Shown here in pieces: positions 11,629-23,167 of a stretch of 64,000 nt of DNA. The stretch is from contig CAVXAI010000013.1 of NCBI GenBank assembly GCA_963759645.1, positions 289,535 through 353,534 of the forward strand, read 5' to 3'. The stretch comes from an uncultured Acidimicrobiales bacterium (GTDB taxonomy: Bacteria; Actinomycetota; Acidimicrobiia; Acidimicrobiales; DATKAS01). Positions within the stretch are counted from its first letter, which is position 1. Each line of letters begins with the position of its first letter. Under the pieces are notes generated by a model. The model was given only the letters and a program-made list of their open reading frames with translations. It made no database searches and was not told where the DNA came from. Both the position numbers and the translations under genes were made by a program.

Positions 11629-12316
11629 GCACGAGCCCTGTCAGCTGTTCCAGCTTCGCGGGACCGATGCCACGCACCTCGAGCAGCTGGTCGACCGACG
11701 TGAACGGGCCGTGCCGGTCGCGGTGGGCGATGATCGCCGCCGCGGTGGCCGGACCGATGCCCGGCAGAGCATCGAGGTCGCTCTCGGTCGCGGTGTTGAG
11801 ATCGACGGGTCCGGCCGCGCCCGTTCCTGTCGCGCCGCCTGACCCCACCGCGGCCGGCAATGGCTCGCCCACTACCGGGACATACACGCGCTCCCCGTCT
11901 GCCACCTTCGCCGCGAGCGCGAGACGATTCGGGTCCGCGCCGGGCGCGAGGCCGCCCGCCGCATCGATGAGATCGATCACACGCGCGCCGTTCGGAAGCC
12001 GGTACACGCCGGGCGCCGCTACCGCACCCGCGGCCTGCACGACGATGCCCTCGACGGGCGCAAGCTCCGGTGCGGATGACGGCGCCGAGGTCGCACCCGC
12101 CGCGAGCGGGATGAGCGACTCGGTGCTCGGAGGAGTGCGCAGCACCCACACGGCCACGACCCCGCCGAGACCGACGACGACGGCGAGGCCTCCGAGCGCG
12201 ACGGCGAGTCGTACGGGCGTGAGGGTTCGCCCGCCGAGGAGCGCTTCCGCGCGGGCGCGCCACGACAGCGGGGGCGGGACGGGCAACAACTCGGACACGG
12301 CATCCTCCACCGGCAA
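11621..12316 (-). CDS. comEA: ComEA family DNA-binding competence protein
   Basis: TM helix, SLBB domain (GAVAAPGVYRL) and HhH domain (VDLNTAT...LPGIGPATA...VRGIGPAK). Confidence 0.92.
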   Translation of the reverse strand: MPVEDAVSELLPVPPPLSWRARAEALLGGRTLTPVRLAVALGGLAVVVGLGGVVAVWVLRTPPSTESLIPLAAGATSAPSSAPELAPVEGIVVQAAGAVAAPGVYRLPNGARVIDLIDAAGGLAPGADPNRLALAAKVADGERVYVPVVGEPLPAAVGSGGATGTGAAGPVDLNTATESDLDALPGIGPATAAAIIAHRDRHGPFTSVDQLLEVRGIGPAKLEQLTGLVRV

Positions 12317-12334
12317 GAAACCACGGGGAGGAAG

Positions 12335-12649
12335 TCAGCCCGACGTTACCTCCACGCGCCGGGCTACCCACTCGGCCTCGACTTCGAACGGGATCCGCCG
12401 GTATGCGCCCTTGTGCGAGTAGCCGTGCACACGACTGCGCAAGTAGGCGCCGAGGTAGCGCCTCAGGAACCCGACGACACCGAAGTCGGACCACTGCACC
12501 ACGTGGACCACCTCGTGGCGGAGCAATCGGGGACGACCCGCCGCGCGTGCGCGGACGCACACCACCGAACCGATCGTGATGCCCTCGGAGCCGCGCGGCA
12601 CGGGGCCGCCGATCCACAGCAGATAGCCGTCGCGTCGTTCGATGGGCAC
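12335..12649 (-). CDS. Small HExxH protein (DUF4157-like putative metallopeptidase)
   Basis: GITIGSVV...LLRHEVVHVVQW...IPFEVEA. Confidence 0.7.
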   Translation of the reverse strand: MPIERRDGYLLWIGGPVPRGSEGITIGSVVCVRARAAGRPRLLRHEVVHVVQWSDFGVVGFLRRYLGAYLRSRVHGYSHKGAYRRIPFEVEAEWVARRVEVTSG

Positions 12650-12668
12650 CGCTGGCGCGACCCCGGGC

Positions 12669-13378
12669 TCAGAACAGCCGCGCGGTCAACGCTTTGCGGT
12701 AGCCCGCAGTCCGAGGATCATCGGCACCCATCAGCTCGAGCAGGTCCACGTACTCCTGACGGGCAGCGTCGTCGTCCTTCACGCGTTCGAGCAGTGCCGT
12801 GAGCTTCTCATCGAAGTCATCGCTGGCCGGCGCGTCGTCGCCGAGCCGAGCGAGCGCGGCCACGCGGCGCGTCTCGGGCGTCTCGGGGATGCGAGCGAGC
12901 AGGCCGAGGGCCTCCTCGGACTCCCCTTTTCGACGAGCAGCTCCGCGAGCGCCACGATCGCCTTCTCGTTGCCAGCTTCGAGCTCGAGCGCCTGCCGCAG
13001 CGAAGCCTCGTCGCCCTGAGCGATCAGCGCGTCGAGGGCCGTCTCCTGCTCGGTCGGCAGCAGCCCGAGCACGAAGTCGCGCACCGCCGGCTCACCCTGC
13101 GCGCCGAGGAAGCCGTCGACGGGTTGACCGTCCTTCAGCGCGACCACCAACGGAATCGACTGCACCTGGAAGGCGCGGGAGATGCCCGGGTTCTCGTCGA
13201 CGTTCACCTTCACGAGCACGACCTGGCCGTCGGTCTCATCGATCGCCTTCTCGATGATCGGCCCGAGCGTCCGGCACGGCCCGCACCACGGCGCCCAAAG
13301 GTCGACGACGACGGGGACGGACGCCGAGCGATCGATGACCTCGGCCTGGAATGTCTCATCGGTGACGTCGACATACAT
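12669..13378 (-). CDS. Thioredoxin-TPR chaperedoxin, CnoX/YbbN-like (frameshift near 12925)
   Basis: WAPWCGPC thioredoxin domain and C-terminus YRKALTARLF. Confidence 0.88.
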
Positions 13379-13470
13379 GCTGGGCAGGCTATCGGCGGCC
13401 GTTCGCGATCCCGCCGGTCGAACTGGCCTGCGTCCCGACGGGGAGACACAGCCGTGGTGTAGAGACGCGC

Positions 13471-14298
13471 ATGCGCTGGGGCATCAGCTCTCCGAACGTC
13501 GGCGATCCGACCAAGCTCGTCGAGCTCGCGGTGACCGCAGAGGCCGCCGGGTGGGATGGGTTCTTCGTGTGGGATCACCTCCACTTGCGACGCGACATGC
13601 ACCTCGACGTCGACGATCCCTGGGTGCTGCTCGGTGCCTGCGCGACTCGCACAACGACGGTGCGTCTCGGCACGCTGGTCACCCCGGTGGCGCGTCGGCG
13701 GCCGCAGGTGCTCGCCAAGCAGATCACGACACTCGACCATCTCAGTCGTGGTCGCGCGGTGCTGGGCGTCGGTCTCGGCGTGCCGGCCGAAGACGAGTAC
13801 GGCGCGTTCGGCGAGCCGATCGACCCGAAGGTGCACGCCTCGATGCTCGACGACGGGCTCGCCGCCCTCGACGGGTTGTGGCGGGGCGAGCCCTTCTCGC
13901 ACTCGGGACCGCACTACACCGTGAACAGCGCGCATCTGCTCCCCCGCCCGCTGCAAGAACCGCGACCGCCGGTGTGGGTCGCCGCGCTCTGGCCGAACCC
14001 GCGTCCGCTTCGGCGCGTGGCTCGCTGGGACGGCGTCGTGCCGCTCAGTGGCAACGGCGAACCGCTCACGCCCGAGATCGTGGCCAACGTCGTCGAGCGA
14101 CTGACAGAGCTGCGCGGCGACCTCACCGGCTTCGATGTCGTCGCGACGCTCGCGCCCGACATCGATCCCGCGGAGTACGAGGCGGCGGGAGCGACATGGG
14201 CGATCGAGAGCATCTGGCCGTGGCCCGAGACCTGGTACGACGATTTGCTTGCTCGATGCGAGCAAGGTCCGCTCGGCGTCACCGAGGAGAAGGCCTGA
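13471..14298 (+). CDS. LLM-class flavin-dependent oxidoreductase
   Basis: AEAAGWDGFFVWDH, DPWVLL and TLDHLSRGR motifs. Confidence 0.9.
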   Translation: MRWGISSPNVGDPTKLVELAVTAEAAGWDGFFVWDHLHLRRDMHLDVDDPWVLLGACATRTTTVRLGTLVTPVARRRPQVLAKQITTLDHLSRGRAVLGVGLGVPAEDEYGAFGEPIDPKVHASMLDDGLAALDGLWRGEPFSHSGPHYTVNSAHLLPRPLQEPRPPVWVAALWPNPRPLRRVARWDGVVPLSGNGEPLTPEIVANVVERLTELRGDLTGFDVVATLAPDIDPAEYEAAGATWAIESIWPWPETWYDDLLARCEQGPLGVTEEKA

Positions 14299-14311
14299 CT
14301 ACGGTGTCGCC

Positions 14312-15349
14312 GTGGACGTGACGGCACCGGAGGGCATCGACGTCGAACGCGTGGGCAGATGGCTCGCCGAGCGCATCGACGGAGCTGAGCCACCGTTCAC
14401 GTACGACCTCATCGCCGGCGGACACTCGAACCTGACGTTCAAGGTCACCGACGCAAACGGTGTTGCCCGCGTGTTGCGACGCCCGCCGCTCGGCCATGTG
14501 CTCGCAACCGCGCACGACATGGGACGCGAGCACCGCATCATCGCGGCGCTCGGTCCGACCACCGTGCCTGTCGCCCCCGCGCTCGGCTACTGCGACGACA
14601 GCGACGTGAACGGCGCGCCGTTCTACGTCATGGGGTTCGTCGACGGCTACGTCCTACGCGACGCCAACACCGTGCGCCGTGCGCTCGACGAAGGTGCCCG
14701 GCGCGTCGCCGCCGAGGATCTCGTCGACGTGCTCGCGCAGATCCACGCAGTCGACCCGGACGAGGTCGGGCTCGGTGAGCTGGGGCGCCGCGAGGGATAC
14801 ATCGAGCGGCAGCTGAAGCGCTGGTACTCGCAGTGGGAGAAGTCGAAGACCCGCGAGCTGCCCGCAATCGACGACGTGTACCACCATCTCATGGACCGCA
14901 TCCCGCCGCAGGTCGGCACGTCGATCGTCCACGGTGACTACCGCCTCGACAACTGCATGGTGAGCGGCGACGGCCGCATCGCCGCGGTGCTCGACTGGGA
15001 GATCTGCACGCTCGGCGACGCCATGGCCGACGTCGGGCTGCTGATGGTCTATTGGACCGGCCCGAAGGACGCCGAGGGCGGACTCGCATCGACGGCGACC
15101 GCGGTCGAGGGCTTCCCCGATCGCCTTGATCTCCTCGAGCGCTACGCCAAAGTCTCCGGCCGAGACGTGGCCGATGTCGACTTCTACACGGCGTTCGCGT
15201 ACTGGAAGCTCGCGTGCATCGTCGAAGGCGTGTACGCGCGCTACGTCGCCGGCGCGATGGGCTCGGGCCGCGAAGGCTTCGAGATGTTCAAGCTCCAGGT
15301 CGAACGTTCCGCGGCCATGGCGGCCGAGATCGTGGGTCGAGGGTCGTGA
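14312..15349 (+). CDS. Phosphotransferase family protein (APH/ACAD10-N-like)
   Basis: GGHSNLT, AHDMGRE, HGDYRLDN and DWE motifs. Confidence 0.9.
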   Translation: MDVTAPEGIDVERVGRWLAERIDGAEPPFTYDLIAGGHSNLTFKVTDANGVARVLRRPPLGHVLATAHDMGREHRIIAALGPTTVPVAPALGYCDDSDVNGAPFYVMGFVDGYVLRDANTVRRALDEGARRVAAEDLVDVLAQIHAVDPDEVGLGELGRREGYIERQLKRWYSQWEKSKTRELPAIDDVYHHLMDRIPPQVGTSIVHGDYRLDNCMVSGDGRIAAVLDWEICTLGDAMADVGLLMVYWTGPKDAEGGLASTATAVEGFPDRLDLLERYAKVSGRDVADVDFYTAFAYWKLACIVEGVYARYVAGAMGSGREGFEMFKLQVERSAAMAAEIVGRGS

Positions 15350-16245
15350 GCCCAGCCGAGCCGGCGGCGCTGTACGAGATCCACAGCCGTCCGGACCTCG
15401 ACGCGCCGGTGCTCGTTGTGGCACTCGAAGGCTGGATCGACGCCGGTCTGGGCGCGGCGACCGCCGCGCAAGCGCTCGTGGCCGATCTCGAACCCACGGT
15501 CATCGCAACGTTCGACAGCGATCGGCTCCTCGACTACCGCGCCCGCCGGCCGGTGATGCATCTCCGCGATGGCGTGAACACGGCGCTGACGTGGCCCGGC
15601 ATCCAGCTCCACCATGCGAAGGACCATGCTGGGAAGGACCTCTTGCTGCTGCTCGGGCACGAGCCCGACGCACTGTGGAAGCAATTCACCGAGCAATCAG
15701 TCGCGCTGGCCATCGACTTCGGTACGCGCCTCGTCGTCGGACTCGGCGCGTACCCGTTCGCGGCGCCGCACACGAGACCATCACGGCTCTCGACGACCGC
15801 GAACTCATCCGACTTGGCAGAACGCCTGGGCTATCTGCGCAACTCGGTCGACGTGCCTGCCGGCGTCGAGGCCGCGATCGAGCGACGATGCGCCGAGGTC
15901 GGGCTCCCGGCCGTCGGGCTCTGGGCGCAAGTGCCCCACTACGCCGCGGCGATGCCTTACCCGCCCGCGTCGATCGCCCTCATCGACGGGCTGAGCGAAG
16001 TGGCCGAGCTGTCGCTCAAGGCCGACGGCCTCCGGCAGGCCGCCGCCGCCCACGTCTCTCGTCTCGACGAGCTCGTCGCGCAGAGCGACGAACACCGCGA
16101 GATGCTGCACCAGCTCGAGCTGCAGGCTGACGCCGAAACCGCAGAGTCCGCCGGGTCGTCGTTCGCTCCGCTCAACGCCGGCGACCTGCCGACCGGGGAC
16201 GACCTCGTCGCCGAGCTCGAGCGCTTCCTGCGCGAGCAGGGCTGA
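15346..16245 (+). CDS. PAC2 family (proteasome assembly chaperone-like) protein
   Basis: LEGWIDAG, DYRARRP, PHTRP, WAQVPHY, ELERFLR. Confidence 0.9.
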   Translation: MSPAEPAALYEIHSRPDLDAPVLVVALEGWIDAGLGAATAAQALVADLEPTVIATFDSDRLLDYRARRPVMHLRDGVNTALTWPGIQLHHAKDHAGKDLLLLLGHEPDALWKQFTEQSVALAIDFGTRLVVGLGAYPFAAPHTRPSRLSTTANSSDLAERLGYLRNSVDVPAGVEAAIERRCAEVGLPAVGLWAQVPHYAAAMPYPPASIALIDGLSEVAELSLKADGLRQAAAAHVSRLDELVAQSDEHREMLHQLELQADAETAESAGSSFAPLNAGDLPTGDDLVAELERFLREQG

Positions 16246-16276
16246 ACTCCCGCCGCCCCGGCTATGGTCCGCGGCC

Positions 16277-17287
16277 ATGAAGGTTGACGGAGGCATCGGT
16301 TTCGATCTCAGCAAGGCCGGCAAGGCGGCACAGGAAGCCGAGGACGCCGGCTACAGCGGCATCTGGACCGCGGAGACCAGTCACGACCCGTTCTTCCCGC
16401 TGCTGCTCGCCGCAGAGCACACGGAGAACATCGAGCTCGGCACCAGCATCGCGGTCGCGTTCGCGCGTAACCCGATGTTGCTTGCGAACGTCGGCTACGA
16501 CCTCCAGGCGTACTCGGGCGGACGGTTCATCCTCGGTCTCGGCAGCCAGATCAAGCCGCACATCGAGAAGCGCTTCTCCATGCCATGGAGCCACCCCGCG
16601 GCACGGATGCGCGAGATGATCCTCGCGATCCGTGCGATCTGGGAGTGCTGGGACAACGGCACGAAGCTCGACTTCCGCGGCGAGTTCTACAAGCACACGC
16701 TGATGACGCCGTTCTTCAATCCGGGTCCGAACCCGAACGGCCACGCGCGCATCTTCCTCGCCGGCGTCGGCTCAATGATGACCGAGGTCGCCGGTGAGGT
16801 GTGCGACGGCTTCATCTGCCACGGCTTCACCACTGAGCGCTACCTCCGTGAGGTCACGTTGCCCGCACTCGAGCGTGGGCGCGCGAAGGCCGGCAAGACG
16901 ATGGACGGCTTCGAGATCGTGGGGCCGTCGTTCGTCGTGACCGGCACGAACGAGGACGAGCTGAAAGCCGCGGCTCAAGGCACCCGTCAGCAGATCGCGT
17001 TCTACGGCTCGACGCCCGCGTACCGACCCGTGCTCGATCTGCACGGCTGGGGAGACCTGCAGGACGAGCTGAACTCGCTGTCGAAGCAAGGCGAGTGGGT
17101 GAAGATGGGCGACCTCATCGACGAAGAGATCCTCACAACGTTCGCCGTGATGGGCGAGCCCGAGCAGATCGCACCCGAGCTCCACCGGCGCTACGGCGAC
17201 TGCATCCAGCGCATCTCGTTCTACGCGCCTTACCGCAGCGACCCCGACCGGTGGCGCGGGGTGCTCGAGGCGTTGAAGGCCGCATAG
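16277..17287 (+). CDS. LLM-class, probably F420-dependent oxidoreductase (MSMEG_2256-like)
   Basis: ETSHDPF, AVAFARNP, LGLGSQIKPHIEKRF, FYGSTPAY. Confidence 0.9.
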   Translation: MKVDGGIGFDLSKAGKAAQEAEDAGYSGIWTAETSHDPFFPLLLAAEHTENIELGTSIAVAFARNPMLLANVGYDLQAYSGGRFILGLGSQIKPHIEKRFSMPWSHPAARMREMILAIRAIWECWDNGTKLDFRGEFYKHTLMTPFFNPGPNPNGHARIFLAGVGSMMTEVAGEVCDGFICHGFTTERYLREVTLPALERGRAKAGKTMDGFEIVGPSFVVTGTNEDELKAAAQGTRQQIAFYGSTPAYRPVLDLHGWGDLQDELNSLSKQGEWVKMGDLIDEEILTTFAVMGEPEQIAPELHRRYGDCIQRISFYAPYRSDPDRWRGVLEALKAA

Positions 17288-17310
17288 CTCCTGCCCTTCA
17301 CAGTGCGGGG

Positions 17311-17347
17311 TTGACAACGGGACTCAGTCGTGTCCTGATATATCGGA
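17311..17347 (+). promoter_or_regulatory. TTGACA -35 box and near-perfect palindrome, putative PadR operator
   Basis: TTGACA at 17311-17316, and TCC(T)GATATATCGGA abutting the padR ATG. Confidence 0.5.
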
Positions 17348-17700
17348 TGCCGACTGAGTCTGATCCACGGCCGCTCCAACCAGCGGCGCTCCACATCCTC
17401 CTCGCCCTCGGCCGCGGCGAGCGCCACGGCTACGCGCTCATCGGCGATGTCGAGGGGCTCAGCGACGGGGTCATCAAGCTCGGCCCCGGCACCCTCTACG
17501 GCACGATCAAGCGGCTCTTGGGCGACGGGATGATCGAGGAGGCCGAAGAACGGCCCGATCCCGAGCTCGACGACCAGCGCCGCCGCTACTACCGCTTGAC
17601 CGCCTCGGGCGCCGCCGCCGCCACCGCGGAGCTCGACCGGCTCGCTTCGCTCGTCCGTCGAGGCCGGGCCGCATTCACGCCCGCGCCGAAGCGGGCCTGA
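17347..17700 (+). CDS. PadR family transcriptional regulator
   Basis: HILLAL...HGY...GPGTLYGTIKRL...RRRYYRLT. Confidence 0.9.
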   Translation: MPTESDPRPLQPAALHILLALGRGERHGYALIGDVEGLSDGVIKLGPGTLYGTIKRLLGDGMIEEAEERPDPELDDQRRRYYRLTASGAAAATAELDRLASLVRRGRAAFTPAPKRA

Positions 17701-18444
17701 TGGATCTCTACCGCCATCTCCTGCGTCTGTATCCGAAGTCGTTCCGTAGCGAGTACGGCGAGGAGATGCGGCGGTTGCATCGCGATCTCCGTCAGCGTCG
17801 AGGACTGCGGGGACTTCGGCTCTTCACCGCGACGGTCGGCGACGTCGTTCGTTCCGCGCCGAAGCTCCGTCTGGAGGAAGGCATGGCCCACCATCCTGGC
17901 CGCACCCGCGCGATCGTCATGATGCTCGTCAGCGATCGCGTTGGTCGCGCTGAGCGCCTTCGGGCCATTCATGGGCATACCCGCACTCGTGATCTTGATC
18001 TTCTACATGCGCAGTCGTCGAGGTGAGGTCGACGCCGCGACCGGGTCACCGGGCTTCTGGATCGCGTTGCCGATCGTCGGCGCGTTCCTGCTCGGCGTGG
18101 GCGCGGTCGTCGCACTGCTTACGGGCGACGACAGCGACTGGTGGCCGCTCGCCGTCGGCCCGATGATCGTCGGCATGGTGATGACGATCGTGACGCTCGC
18201 GCTGATCGGCGCGCACGAAGCGAGCGTCCGAGTCCTTCGCCGGCGTGAGCTCGTTCCCGCTCGAGTGCGCGCGACCAGTGCGGGAATCGCCGCAGCAACA
18301 CTCGCGATGCTGATCGTCGCCACCGGCGAGGACCGCGGCTGGGTGATCTTCATGACGCTCTTCCTCACGCTGATCACGCTGGCGACGCTCGCGGTGTACG
18401 CGGTGCTCGTGCGCTTCACTCGCCCCAAGCCTGCTGTCGTCTGA
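17700..18444 (+). CDS. PadR-associated multi-pass membrane protein (frameshift near 17930)
   Basis: N-terminus LYRHLLRLYPKSFRSEYGEEM is typical of PadR partner proteins. TGATG overlap with padR, followed by several TM helices. Confidence 0.75.
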
Positions 18445-18445
18445 G

Positions 18446-20110
18446 TTACGCGAGCTGGAGCGCGTCTTCGAGATAGCGCTGCTTGCACAGGCTGCGCTGC
18501 AGCTTGCCCGACGACGTCTTCGGCATCGTGCCCGCGACGACGAGCATCACGTCGCGAGGAGGAACACCGGCGACTTCGAGCACCCGCTGGTGGACGGCCT
18601 TGCGCAGCGCTTCCACATCCTCGGCGCGCGTCTCGGCGACCACGACGACCGATTCCTTGCCCTTGTAGCCATCGACGCCGAACGCGATCACGTTCCCGGC
18701 GCGGACGCCCTCCATCGGGCCGATGGCGCGCTCGATGTCCTCGGGGAAGAGGTTGCGGCCGCCGATGATGATGACGTCCTTGATGCGCCCGCACAGCACG
18801 AGCTCACCGTCGAGCGTGTACGCGAGGTCGCCAGTGCGGAGCCATCCGTCGCGGAACAGCTCGGCGGTGGCGTCGGGCCGCTTGTAGTACCCCGGCGTCA
18901 CCGACGTACCGCGGATCTCGAGCTCGCCGACCTCGCGCTCCCCTAGCGGGATGCCGGTCTGCTGATCGCACACCCGGATCTCGAGCCCCGGCACCGGAGC
19001 GCCGAGCAAAGGCAGGCGGCGGGCGTTCTCGTCGTCGGGGTCGACCGGTTTCGCGACCTTCTCGGTCTCGAGCACCCTGCGGTCCACGATGTCGCACACC
19101 ATGCCCCGCATCGGCGGGGGAAACGTGCCGGCGATCGCGACCTCGGCCATGCCGAAGGCGCAGAACTCCGCACCCGGGCGGAAGCCGTGCGGCTTTGCCG
19201 CAGCGACGAACGCCTCGACGGCATCGGGATCGATCGGCTCGGCGCCGTTCAGCGCGATGCGCATCGGCGACAGGTCGAGCCCGCTCATCCGCTTCAGCGC
19301 GCGCGTGGCCAGCACCCACGAGAAGTTCGGGCCCGCGGTCGCGGTGCCCTTGTAGGTCGAGATCCACTCCATCCACGCGCCGGGGTGAGCGAGGAAGTCC
19401 TGCGGTGACGCGAGCACCAAGCCGGCACCGGTCGTCATCGGAGTCGTCATGCAGCCGACGAGCCCCATGTCGTGATACAGCGGTAGCCACGAGACGAGGA
19501 CGTCGATGTCGTAGTCGAGCTCCGTCGCCTTCTCGATCGCGTCGAGGTTCGAGCACAGCACGCGCTGCGGCAGCATGACGCCTTTGGGTTCGGATGTCGA
19601 ACCGCTCGTGAACTGCAGGATCGCCAGCCGATCGAGATCGTCGGGGACCCGCTCATGTGCCTCGGGACTCGGCCGACCCTTCCCGGGCATCAGATCGGGC
19701 AACAGCACCGACGGCGGATCGCCCTCGACTGCCTGATAGAACGGCGCAAGATCCGGGTCGAGCAGGAGCAGCGCGGCGTCGGCGTTTCGGATCCGGGTCC
19801 GCGTCTGCTCGACGAACTCTTCGATCGACCCCATCCGCATCGGAAGAGGCAGCACCACTGCGCACGCTCCGGCAAGCCAGCACGCCTGGATCGCCGTGAC
19901 GAGCGGCCGGCTCGTCGGCCCCAGGATCGCAACGTGGTCGCCGGGCTGGATGCCCCGGGCCTGCATCCCCGCTGCGATCACCCGCGCGTCGTCGTGCAGC
20001 TGAGCCCACGGCACCAGGGTGCGCTCGTCCTTGCCGATGAACGTCGCGCCGTGCCCCCGGTCGGCCGCGCGCTCGATACGCGCGACAAGGGGCGTGAGGG
20101 TCACGGACAT
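18446..20110 (-). CDS. Fatty acyl-AMP ligase family adenylate-forming enzyme
   Basis: [34 protein letters not shown] and KTSSGKLQR motifs. Confidence 0.88.
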   Translation of the reverse strand: MSVTLTPLVARIERAADRGHGATFIGKDERTLVPWAQLHDDARVIAAGMQARGIQPGDHVAILGPTSRPLVTAIQACWLAGACAVVLPLPMRMGSIEEFVEQTRTRIRNADAALLLLDPDLAPFYQAVEGDPPSVLLPDLMPGKGRPSPEAHERVPDDLDRLAILQFTSGSTSEPKGVMLPQRVLCSNLDAIEKATELDYDIDVLVSWLPLYHDMGLVGCMTTPMTTGAGLVLASPQDFLAHPGAWMEWISTYKGTATAGPNFSWVLATRALKRMSGLDLSPMRIALNGAEPIDPDAVEAFVAAAKPHGFRPGAEFCAFGMAEVAIAGTFPPPMRGMVCDIVDRRVLETEKVAKPVDPDDENARRLPLLGAPVPGLEIRVCDQQTGIPLGEREVGELEIRGTSVTPGYYKRPDATAELFRDGWLRTGDLAYTLDGELVLCGRIKDVIIIGGRNLFPEDIERAIGPMEGVRAGNVIAFGVDGYKGKESVVVVAETRAEDVEALRKAVHQRVLEVAGVPPRDVMLVVAGTMPKTSSGKLQRSLCKQRYLEDALQLA

Positions 20111-20185
20111 AAGACTTGCGCAGAAGGGGGCCGGTTACGAATCACTGCCGGGTTCGCCCAGGGTCGGCCAGTAACCTCGAACCTC

Positions 20186-23052
20186 ATGTCCCCGAGCGAC
20201 GCTCCGACCGCAGCGGTGCCCGCGACCAGGAACGATGACGTCCCGGCGCATCGGTACGACCGGGCGCTCGCGCAGGAGATCGAGGCGCGCTGGCAGCGGC
20301 GGTGGGACGACGAGGGGACGTACCGCACCCCCAATCCAGCGGGGCCGCTGGCGACCGGTTTCGACGAGGTGGCCGAGCGGCCGAAGGTGTTCGTGCTCGA
20401 CATGTTTCCCTATCCGAGCGGCGACGGGCTGCATGTCGGGCACCCGCTCGGCTTCATCGGTACCGACGTCTACGCGCGCTACCTGCGCATGACCGGCCAC
20501 AACGTGCTGCACACCATGGGCTACGACGCGTTCGGTTTGCCCGCGGAGCAGTACGCCGTGCAGACGGGCCAGCACCCCCGCATCACCACCGAGGCGAACG
20601 TCGCCAACTACCGGCGCCAGCTGCACCGCCTCGGGCTCGGGCACGATCCGCGCCGCTCGGTCTCCACCACCGACGTCTCGTTCTATCGGTGGACGCAGTG
20701 GATCTTCCTGCAGATCTTCAACTCCTGGTACGACGCGACGGTCGATCGCGCCCGTCCGATCGCGGAGCTCATCGACGAGTTCGAAGCGGGGACAAGGCCC
20801 GTTCCAGGTGGTGGCGACTGGTCGAAGCTCGACGACGTCGAGCGGCGACGCACAGTCGACTCGTTCCGGCTCGCGTACCTCGACGACGCGCCAGTGAACT
20901 GGTGCCCCGGATTGGGCACGGTGCTGGCGAACGAAGAGGTGACGTCCGACGGTCGCAGCGACCGCGGCAACTTCCCGGTGTTCAAGCGACCCCTGAAGCA
21001 GTGGAAGATGCGCATCACCGCGTACGCGGACCGGCTGCTCGACGATCTGAACGTCCTCGACTGGCCCGAGTCGATCAAGCTCATCCAACGGAACTGGATC
21101 GGACGCAGCGAGGGCGCGTTGATCCACTTCCCGGTGCCAGCCGCGCACACCGCGATCTCGGTGTTCACCACGCGTCCCGACACCGTGTTCGGGGCGACCT
21201 ACATGGTCCTCGCGCCCGAGCACCCGCTGGTCGACGAGCTGACCGCCGGCGAGTGGCCCGAAGGCACTCTCGCGGAGTGGACCGGAGGCGCGGCGACGCC
21301 GTTCGACGCCGTCGCCGGGTACATCAGCACGGCCGGCTCGATGTCCGACCTCGAGCGCCAGGTCGAGTCGCGCCAGAAGACCGGCGTGTTCACCGGGTCG
21401 TACGCGACGAACCCAGCGAACGGTGCAACGATCCCGGTCTTCATCGCGGACTACGTGCTGATGGGATACGGCACGGGAGCGATCATGGCCGTGCCCGGCC
21501 AGGACGAGCGGGACTGGGAGTTCGCCGAGGTGTTCGGCCTCCCGATCGTCCGGACGGTGCAGCCGCCCGACGACTGGGACGGCAAGGCGTACATCGGCGA
21601 AGGTCCCGCGATCAACAGCGGCTTCCTCGACGGCCTCGGCGTCGCCGACGCGAAGAGCCGCATCATCGAGTGGCTCGAGCAGAAGAACGCGGGCGAGGGA
21701 ACGATCACCTACCGCTTGCGCGACTGGCTGTTCAGCCGGCAGCGCTACTGGGGCGAGCCGTTCCCGATCGTGTACGACGACACCGGCCTCCCGATCGCGG
21801 TCCCCGAGTCTTCGCTGCCAGTTCTCCTGCCCGAGATCGAAGACTTCAGCCCCCGCACGTTCGCGGACGACGACACGACGTCGGAGCCCGAACCGCCGCT
21901 GGCGCGTGCGCAGGAGTGGGTCGAGGTGCAGCTCGACCTCGGCGACGGCCCGCGGACGTACTGGCGCGAGACGAACACGATGCCGCAGTGGGCGGGATCG
22001 TGTTGGTACGAGGTGCGCTACCTCGACCCAACGAACGAGAACGCGTTCGTGGATCCCGCAGTCGAGCGGTACTGGATGGGCCCGCAATGGGACGGCGACA
22101 CGGGCGGTGTCGACCTCTACGTCGGCGGAGTCGAGCATGCGGTGCTGCACCTGCTCTACGCGCGCTTCTGGCACAAGGTGCTGTTCGACCTCGGATACCT
22201 GTCGTCGCGAGAGCCGTACCGACGGCTGTACAACCAGGGCTACATCCTCGCTGCCGCATACACCGACGAACGGGGCATGTACGTCGAAGCGAACGAGGTC
22301 GAGGAGCGAGATGGTGGTTACGTCTACGAGGGCAAGCCGGTCTACGCGCGAGATGGGCAAGATGGGGAAGAGCCTGAAGAACGGCATCTCGCCCGACGAG
22401 TACTACCGCGACTACGGCGCCGACACCTTGCGCCTCTACGAGATGTTCACGGGCCCGCTCGGCCAGGAACGGCCGTGGGAGACGACGGGCGATCGTTGGC
22501 GTCCACCGCTTCCTGCAGCGCTTGTGGCGGCTCGTCATCAACGAGGAGACCGGAGCGCTCCGGGTAGACGATCGAGCGGCCGACGACGAGACGCGCCACG
22601 TACTGCATCGCACGATCGAAGCGGTGCGCGCCGACATGGCGAACCTGCGGTTCAACACCTCGATCGCCAAGCTCACCGAGCTCACGAACCACGTCACGGC
22701 CAAGGCGGACGCCACGACGCCGCGCGAAGTCGCGGAGGCACTCGTCCTGATGGTGGCGCCGCTCACGCCTCACGTCGCGGAGGAGCTGTGGCACCGCTTG
22801 GGTCACGAGTCCTCGGTCGTGTACGCACCCTTCCCGGTAGCCGACGCCGCGTTGCTCGTCGAAGACACTGTGGTGATCCCGGTGCAGGTGAAGGGCAAGG
22901 TCCGCGCCCACATCGAGGTCGCAGCCGACGCCGAGCCGACCGCGATCGAGGCGGTTGCTCTGGCTGACCCGGCGGTCATCAAGGCGATCGATGGCCGCCC
23001 GGTGCAACGGGTCGTGGTCGTGCCCGGTCGCATGGTGAACGTGGTGACCTGA
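20186..23052 (+). CDS. leuS: Leucine--tRNA ligase (frameshifts near 22350 and 22490)
   Basis: [42 protein letters not shown] and KMGKS motifs. Confidence 0.96.
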
Positions 23053-23074
23053 CTGGTACCGTCGATCACCGCTC

Positions 23075-23147
<73 letters not shown>

Positions 23148-23167
23148 CTCCCGGTACCCTCTCGCTC

